A DNA stretch of 64,000 nt. Origin: Methanobacteriota archaeon. Its GTDB lineage: Archaea; Thermoplasmatota; Poseidoniia; Poseidoniales; Poseidoniaceae. Both the position numbers and the translations under genes were made by a program. The stretch covers positions 15,021 to 79,020 of the forward strand of contig PSPT01000004.1 of assembly GCA_004195635.1 (NCBI GenBank). The letters run 5' to 3'. This document shows, in pieces, positions 58,993 to 64,000 of the stretch; the stretch's first letter is position 1; the number at the start of each line of letters is the position of its first letter. Below the pieces are notes generated by a model. The model did not search any database, had not been told where the DNA came from, and worked only from the letters and a program-made list of their open reading frames with translations.

Positions 58993-60206
58993 GTTCAGAA
59001 GATGATACATGGATGTCAGCCACCGTTATTGGTATTGGATTAATCGTATTTGGAGCAATGATTTTTGCCATATCTGCTGGACTAGTAGCAAGTGGAGCAC
59101 TTCACTCAAATCATCAACTCGAAGAAGCAATACATGTGGGAGGAATTGTGGCTGCTGCATTAGCAATCCTATACGGAGTTGTTGGCGTTCTCGTTGGAAT
59201 CGTCAATCAATCTACTGCAGGAGAGTATGAAGACCACGGAGATGAAGACCACGGAGATGAAGACCACGCACATCACGGAAGTTGGTCTCCAGTAATCATT
59301 GCATTTGGTGTAATGCTCTTCTTAATGGGCTTCATCAAGGCAAACCTTAGTGGTGAATTTGGCATATTAGCAGTAGGCGTAGTTATCGTTCTTGCAGGAA
59401 TTGCCAATTGGTGGAGAGAAGATTTCGGCAATGATGGAGTTGACGAACCTGTTTCAACCGGTGAACCTTTCGGTGGATTAGAAGTTAGAAAGGTTGGTAT
59501 GTGGGTTTTCTTGATGTCTGAAATAATGATTTTCGGTTCATTCTTTTCCTCCTACCTTCGTCTTCGAATGGGTTGGTTAACCCATTGGGATGCAACCTGT
59601 GATCCATATAATGGCGTAAATGCACATGCTGCAGGGGGGCATGAAACCCTCGTACATTGTAACAGTCCAGAAATGGTCAGTCAAGGATACATGGTAGTAG
59701 CAAGTGAATTCATTGGAGAATCCTTCTGGACTCTCCTCCCTGGCGCAATTAACACCTTTGCCCTGATTCTGTCTTCTTTCACTGTTGTTTTGGCTCTCAA
59801 GAACGCAGGTATGGTTGATTGGCAGGCTCCAAAGAACAAGTTTGTTCGAATGTGGATGCCTGATCAGCGTCGCGCAGTACGAAATAACTTGGCTGCAACA
59901 TTATTCCTTGGAAGTATGTTCTTAGTCCTCAAGATTGTTGAGTGGAATCACTTGATTACTGGAGCACCTAACTTCAATCTCGGCAATCCGGATGTGGCTT
60001 TATCTGCATCTGTATTCTATGTGACGACTGGGGCACACGGATTCCACGTATTCGTTGGATTACTATTCTTACTATTCTTTACCTTCAAAGCACAGAAGGG
60101 CGGTTGGACGCCTGAAAATAAGCAAAGTATTGAGTACTTTGGCATTTACTGGCACTTTGTGGATTTGGCTTGGGTTGCCATATTCCCTGCATTCTATCTA
60201 TACTGA
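58989..60206 (+). CDS. coxC: Cytochrome c oxidase subunit III with N-terminal extension
   Basis: MWVFLMSE, NTFALILSS, TGAHGFHV and YWHFVDLAW. Confidence 0.93.
   Translation: MSSEDDTWMSATVIGIGLIVFGAMIFAISAGLVASGALHSNHQLEEAIHVGGIVAAALAILYGVVGVLVGIVNQSTAGEYEDHGDEDHGDEDHAHHGSWSPVIIAFGVMLFLMGFIKANLSGEFGILAVGVVIVLAGIANWWREDFGNDGVDEPVSTGEPFGGLEVRKVGMWVFLMSEIMIFGSFFSSYLRLRMGWLTHWDATCDPYNGVNAHAAGGHETLVHCNSPEMVSQGYMVVASEFIGESFWTLLPGAINTFALILSSFTVVLALKNAGMVDWQAPKNKFVRMWMPDQRRAVRNNLAATLFLGSMFLVLKIVEWNHLITGAPNFNLGNPDVALSASVFYVTTGAHGFHVFVGLLFLLFFTFKAQKGGWTPENKQSIEYFGIYWHFVDLAWVAIFPAFYLY
59227..59268. repeat. 15-bp tandem repeat encoding (EDHGD)n
   Basis: atgaagaccacggag x2.8. Confidence 0.9.
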
Positions 60207-60215
60207 GGTGAAATT

Positions 60216-60578
60216 ATGAGTGAACACGCAATGAGCAAATGGGAAAATCTATTAGCAAAGCCTTTTGGAAATATTTACAATTTCAATTTCTTTGCACTAA
60301 TGTTATTGACAGTTGTCGAAGTAGGTGCGGTATATCTTGACCTACCCAAATATGATACTTGGGCTGTGTTGGTTGGAGTTGGATTACTAAAGGCATTTGG
60401 AATTGCTGCTTGGTTCATGCACTTGCGTGGAGACCCCTTCATCCTAACAAAAACAGCTATTTTCCCTCTATTTTTCGTTGCTTTGATGATTTTTGGGATT
60501 GGTTTATCCACTCCTGCCGGTATCGATGCTTTACCATCTTGGTGTAGCCCTCCTTGGGCTCCCGTCTATCAGCCCTAA
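60216..60578 (+). CDS. coxD: Cytochrome c oxidase subunit IV (prokaryotic)
   Basis: LLTVVEV..LKAFGIAAWFMHLRGD; GAGGTGA SD. Confidence 0.85.
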   Translation: MSEHAMSKWENLLAKPFGNIYNFNFFALMLLTVVEVGAVYLDLPKYDTWAVLVGVGLLKAFGIAAWFMHLRGDPFILTKTAIFPLFFVALMIFGIGLSTPAGIDALPSWCSPPWAPVYQP

Positions 60579-60661
60579 CTGTTGAATATTGCCACTTGGT
60601 AATTCTTACCAAGCCTTGTTCATAGGGTGGTTTTATTGACGCAGGCATATCCCGTCGTTTC

Positions 60662-61771
60662 ATGCGCAGAATTGTCCTTGCTCTTTTGCTGACCTCAAGC
60701 ATGGTATTATCCGGTTGTTTTGGGGGCGGAGATACAAGTGATCCAAACCCAGATTTCTATGGATTCGGTATTAATGGGGCTCAAGTTACCGACTTTACTG
60801 CTATTGACCAACATGGCAACAATTTCACCTATTCTGATATTGACTCTAAAGTAACCATTGTTGCATTTATCTTCACTCGGTGTCCGGATGTGTGCCCTAT
60901 TACCACTCAATTGCTAAGCCAAGTTAGTACTGAACTTGGTGATAAGATGCAAGATGTGACAATTATTTCAATTAGTGTTGACCCCGAATATGATACGCCA
61001 GAGAGGCTGCTCGAATTCACAGAATCTCATTCTGTTGACTGGCCGCATATTACAGGAGATGTTGAAACTATGCAGGCGCTGTGGGATGACTTTGGAATCT
61101 TTGTAGATAAGGGGTATATTGACGCACATGTAATCGAAGATAATAACAGTACAATGGAGCATCGCGTTGGGGTGGTTTTTCCTGATAATTCTTCAGAGAT
61201 GCACATGGGACTGTATGACATGAACATGAGTAATATTTCAGCAATTAACCACACCGAACACACCTTTGCAAATGAAAATGTGAGTTATGTAATAGAAAAT
61301 GGTAGTGTAACCTCAATAAATGGAATTGAAGATGCTTGGGAATTATACATTTGGAATTCAACCGAGAGTGAATGGCAACCCTCGCCTAAGACGCCTGAAA
61401 ACATTACCATCATGATGGACACTGGTCATATTGGATGGGTCGCAGCAGGGGCTAATGCAAGTAATTTGATGGACCTTTCAATGAATAATTCATCAGCACC
61501 AGATTCAGATTGTGATGGTAAAGGATATGTGATGGGCGAAGGAGATGGCGCACATTGTATGTGTGATGAAGGCTATGAATGGGGAGAAGATAATGGGGCA
61601 AATAATGGTGGCTACTTATCTTGTGTTCCAAGTGCAGATAACGATGAATATTTAGTTGGGCACAGTACAATCATGTACCTCATAGATGAAACTGGAAATA
61701 AAAGAGTTCTCTGGACTGGAGTTTCTTGGGACCCAGAGTTGGTAGCCTATGATGTTAGGTTGCTACTCTAA
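60662..61771 (+). CDS. SCO1/SenC copper chaperone lipoprotein with large insertion
   Basis: Lipobox LSGC, DQHG, FTRCPDVCP, SVDPEYDTPE and distal His in VGHSTIMYLID. Confidence 0.9.
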   Translation: MRRIVLALLLTSSMVLSGCFGGGDTSDPNPDFYGFGINGAQVTDFTAIDQHGNNFTYSDIDSKVTIVAFIFTRCPDVCPITTQLLSQVSTELGDKMQDVTIISISVDPEYDTPERLLEFTESHSVDWPHITGDVETMQALWDDFGIFVDKGYIDAHVIEDNNSTMEHRVGVVFPDNSSEMHMGLYDMNMSNISAINHTEHTFANENVSYVIENGSVTSINGIEDAWELYIWNSTESEWQPSPKTPENITIMMDTGHIGWVAAGANASNLMDLSMNNSSAPDSDCDGKGYVMGEGDGAHCMCDEGYEWGEDNGANNGGYLSCVPSADNDEYLVGHSTIMYLIDETGNKRVLWTGVSWDPELVAYDVRLLL

Positions 61772-61847
61772 TCGGCAAACAACAATAATGCATTCAATTG
61801 ATTATTGGTAGTTATACCCCATCATAGCAATGATGTGTGAAAGGTAT

Positions 61848-63488
61848 TTAGAGACTGAAATCTGAAAAATCATCCTCAGCAACTGAAGGTGAAGAACGCT
61901 TCGGTTGGCTCTTTGGCGGACCTCTTTTACCCGGTTGCTCACTTGCTTTTGGTTGCTCTTGAACTTGTGGCTGGTCTTGCGGATCCATTTGGGATTTAGC
62001 CCGGCGCGTTTTCCTAACTGCAAGATTTCGTGATGCTTGCTTTTCCTTTATTGGGGAAGAACTTAGGCTTGAACCCATTGAACTGAAATGCTTTTCTTTC
62101 TTTGGGATGGACCTTGGATTATCGTCGGTAAGAGATACAACTCCTCTTTCATTTCCGTCATTTCCACTAAACATGCTTGATCCTCTCGATGCTTCTCCGT
62201 CTGAGAATCTATCCCTGCTCCCTCTACTTGGAATATCATAGCCACCAGATTCTATTTCGGGAGGAGTAAATGCTCCAGATTCTAGATCCTCCTCAAACAC
62301 TTCTGCCTCTTGGGTAAGTACAACTCCCCCACCTGATGCTTCTTTTACGCCGCCTTCGGATGGTCCAGATTTTAGGATTGACTCAAGGTCAAAACCTTTT
62401 ATTTCAACATCTTCAACATCTAAGTGTTTTGTCTTTTTGGCTTCAGCGGCATCTTGCTTTGCCTTTTTCCGCACTCCTGTATGTTCAAGACCGTCTTTCT
62501 TGGCTTGTTTAGAATCTGATATTACGCTCTTAGCTGCTGCCATTCCTTCTCGGCCGAGAAGAACTTTTGCCGCAGCCGAGGCACCTTGGCGCTGAATAAT
62601 TGTCGATATGGTGAAAACGCCAAAGGCACCACCACCACCAATTGCTAATACTAACATTGTGAATAACCATGTGTTCACGCCCCCCACTGGAGCGCTATAT
62701 CCAGATTCTAAGGAAATTGTTGTCTCTACAGTTTCAATCTTTGTGACCAACATATTTCCCCTGAACCCATCGGTTCCAAGGCGGTATAATTCACATTTGC
62801 CACCAGAACGGAGAGTTTGCAGTACAGAGGTAGGATAATAGTCACTGCTTGAAACACCAGGGCTATACAATAGATAACCACTGATTTTCACCGGAGTGTG
62901 CCATCTAAGTGCCTCTGTGCCTTCTAATACTTCTTCAGTTGCGGGGATTAATCCTGCTACGGCATAATTGGTTACAGCATCGCCACTTCCATCCAATTTA
63001 GGATGTCCTGCCGTTTTTGGCGAATAAGGGAGGGCATTTCCATTATCTACGGGATCGCCCCAATCTTTGACTTGGACTCTCGCCCCCATCCCGCCATCAT
63101 CATGCTGCTTTACCGCATCTTCCCAAGACATTTTTTCAATGACTACAGATGTTGATAATGCATTACTCAAACTAGTTTCACTATTTCCCGCTCCTTCTGT
63201 AAAGTGGTGTAATGCAGAAAGCCAACCTGTAATAGTAACCGGCTCCATAGTTTCCCATGTTGCTGCTTGAGAATTTGTTGGTAATGTTTTATTATCGTCG
63301 CAACCTATTGCCTTCATATTTTGCATTTTTGAATTATCGCCAAATGCAGTATCTATTGACACATTCTTTGCTGGCCCAGCCCAATTTACCTCAATTCCAT
63401 CATCACCCCAATTGGTAATTTCTGCACCCAAACAGCCTGAGAAAACGCTGGTCAGCAGGAGGAGGAGCATGAATTTCGCTCGGGCCAT
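61848..63488 (-). CDS. Lipoprotein-like membrane protein with disordered cytoplasmic tail
   Basis: MARAKFMLLLLLTSVFSGC signal, internal TM helix, low-complexity tail; TTCAA 24-28 nt upstream; the longer ORF start is antisense to the tRNA. Confidence 0.72.
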   Translation of the reverse strand: MARAKFMLLLLLTSVFSGCLGAEITNWGDDGIEVNWAGPAKNVSIDTAFGDNSKMQNMKAIGCDDNKTLPTNSQAATWETMEPVTITGWLSALHHFTEGAGNSETSLSNALSTSVVIEKMSWEDAVKQHDDGGMGARVQVKDWGDPVDNGNALPYSPKTAGHPKLDGSGDAVTNYAVAGLIPATEEVLEGTEALRWHTPVKISGYLLYSPGVSSSDYYPTSVLQTLRSGGKCELYRLGTDGFRGNMLVTKIETVETTISLESGYSAPVGGVNTWLFTMLVLAIGGGGAFGVFTISTIIQRQGASAAAKVLLGREGMAAAKSVISDSKQAKKDGLEHTGVRKKAKQDAAEAKKTKHLDVEDVEIKGFDLESILKSGPSEGGVKEASGGGVVLTQEAEVFEEDLESGAFTPPEIESGGYDIPSRGSRDRFSDGEASRGSSMFSGNDGNERGVVSLTDDNPRSIPKKEKHFSSMGSSLSSSPIKEKQASRNLAVRKTRRAKSQMDPQDQPQVQEQPKASEQPGKRGPPKSQPKRSSPSVAEDDFSDFSL

Positions 63489-63570
63489 GAAGTAGGGATG
63501 AACCGTTCGGTTTGAAAAGGGTGTGCATCTCCGCACAGAATAGAGGGGGCATCTGCTCCCTTGACAAGCA

Positions 63571-63655
63571 GCGGAGTTCGCATAGCCTGGTAGCGCGCCG
63601 GATTTGAAATCCGGTGGTTTCGGCCACGGGGGTTCGAATCCCTCACTTCGCGCCA
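63571..63655 (+). tRNA. tRNA-Ser(TGA)
   Basis: GCGGAGT..CCGGA-TTTGAAA-TCCGG, long variable arm TGGTTTCGGCCA, GGTTCGAATCC, ACTTCGC-G-CCA. Confidence 0.95.
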
Positions 63656-63860
63656 ATAATCAGTAGAATATAGCGTAAGAGAAAATAATTTGACCTTTCA
63701 TCACTCTTAGAATCTAAGGTATCTGCTTAGGCCTATGAGTTTGTCGAAACTGAATAGTATGGCGAAATTACATTTGAAAATCATTCTTTACTTCTGTACC
63801 TTTGTTGCCTTTCATTTGTTCGGTATCTAGATAATATACTTCCTTCCCTCGGGAGAAAAC

Positions 63861-64000
63861 ATGGAAAATATGGAATCCAAGTACCCCGAAAATCGGTGGT
63901 TAATCCTTGCAGTAATGAGTTTGAGTCTCGTAATTGTAATGCTTAACAATGTAACATTGAATGTTGCGCTTCCAGAACTTTCTACTTCCCTTGGCTCAGA
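63861..64000 (+). CDS. MFS transporter (DHA2/EmrB-QacA-like), N-terminal fragment
   Basis: RWLILAVMSLSLVIVMLNNVTLNVALPELS; GGGAG SD; runs off the window. Confidence 0.82.
   Translation, partial: MENMESKYPENRWLILAVMSLSLVIVMLNNVTLNVALPELSTSLGS

Noticed and set aside
63489-63656. N-terminal extension of the 602-aa ORF, plus ORFs at 63403-63646 and 13191-13379
   Set aside because: These are translations across tRNA genes

Overview
Gene-dense archaeal chromosomal window. It encodes aEF-1alpha, uS10, eS8, SRP19, Sec61beta, GINS, PolB and two CCA-encoding tRNAs. Gene content, the TSP3-repeat and giant secreted proteins, and the GWTxEQW tail point to Marine Group II Euryarchaeota (Ca. Poseidoniales); this assignment is an inference. 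It is mostly core genome: I saw no CRISPR array, rRNA, transposase or provirus. The best candidate for an undescribed system is at 35.9-39.7 kb on the minus strand. A membrane-anchored SAP-domain protein is followed by a Soj-like ParA and a 146-aa protein that keeps only the ParB 'LGRGL' ParA-activating peptide, with no CTPase or HTH domain. XerA, a histone-H1-like HhH protein and a small basic CCCH protein lie nearby. A second ParA sits next to an RHH-like gene and a degenerate PIN-like gene. Other oddities: Cox1 fused to a CxCH/Reeler-like domain; SCO with DUF4430-like and EGF-like inserts, the DUF4430-like domain also occurring twice in a cupredoxin; many Glu-terminated proteins near a RimK ligase; and a TT(C/G)AW TATA variant. 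All family calls are by eye from motifs; no searches were run.
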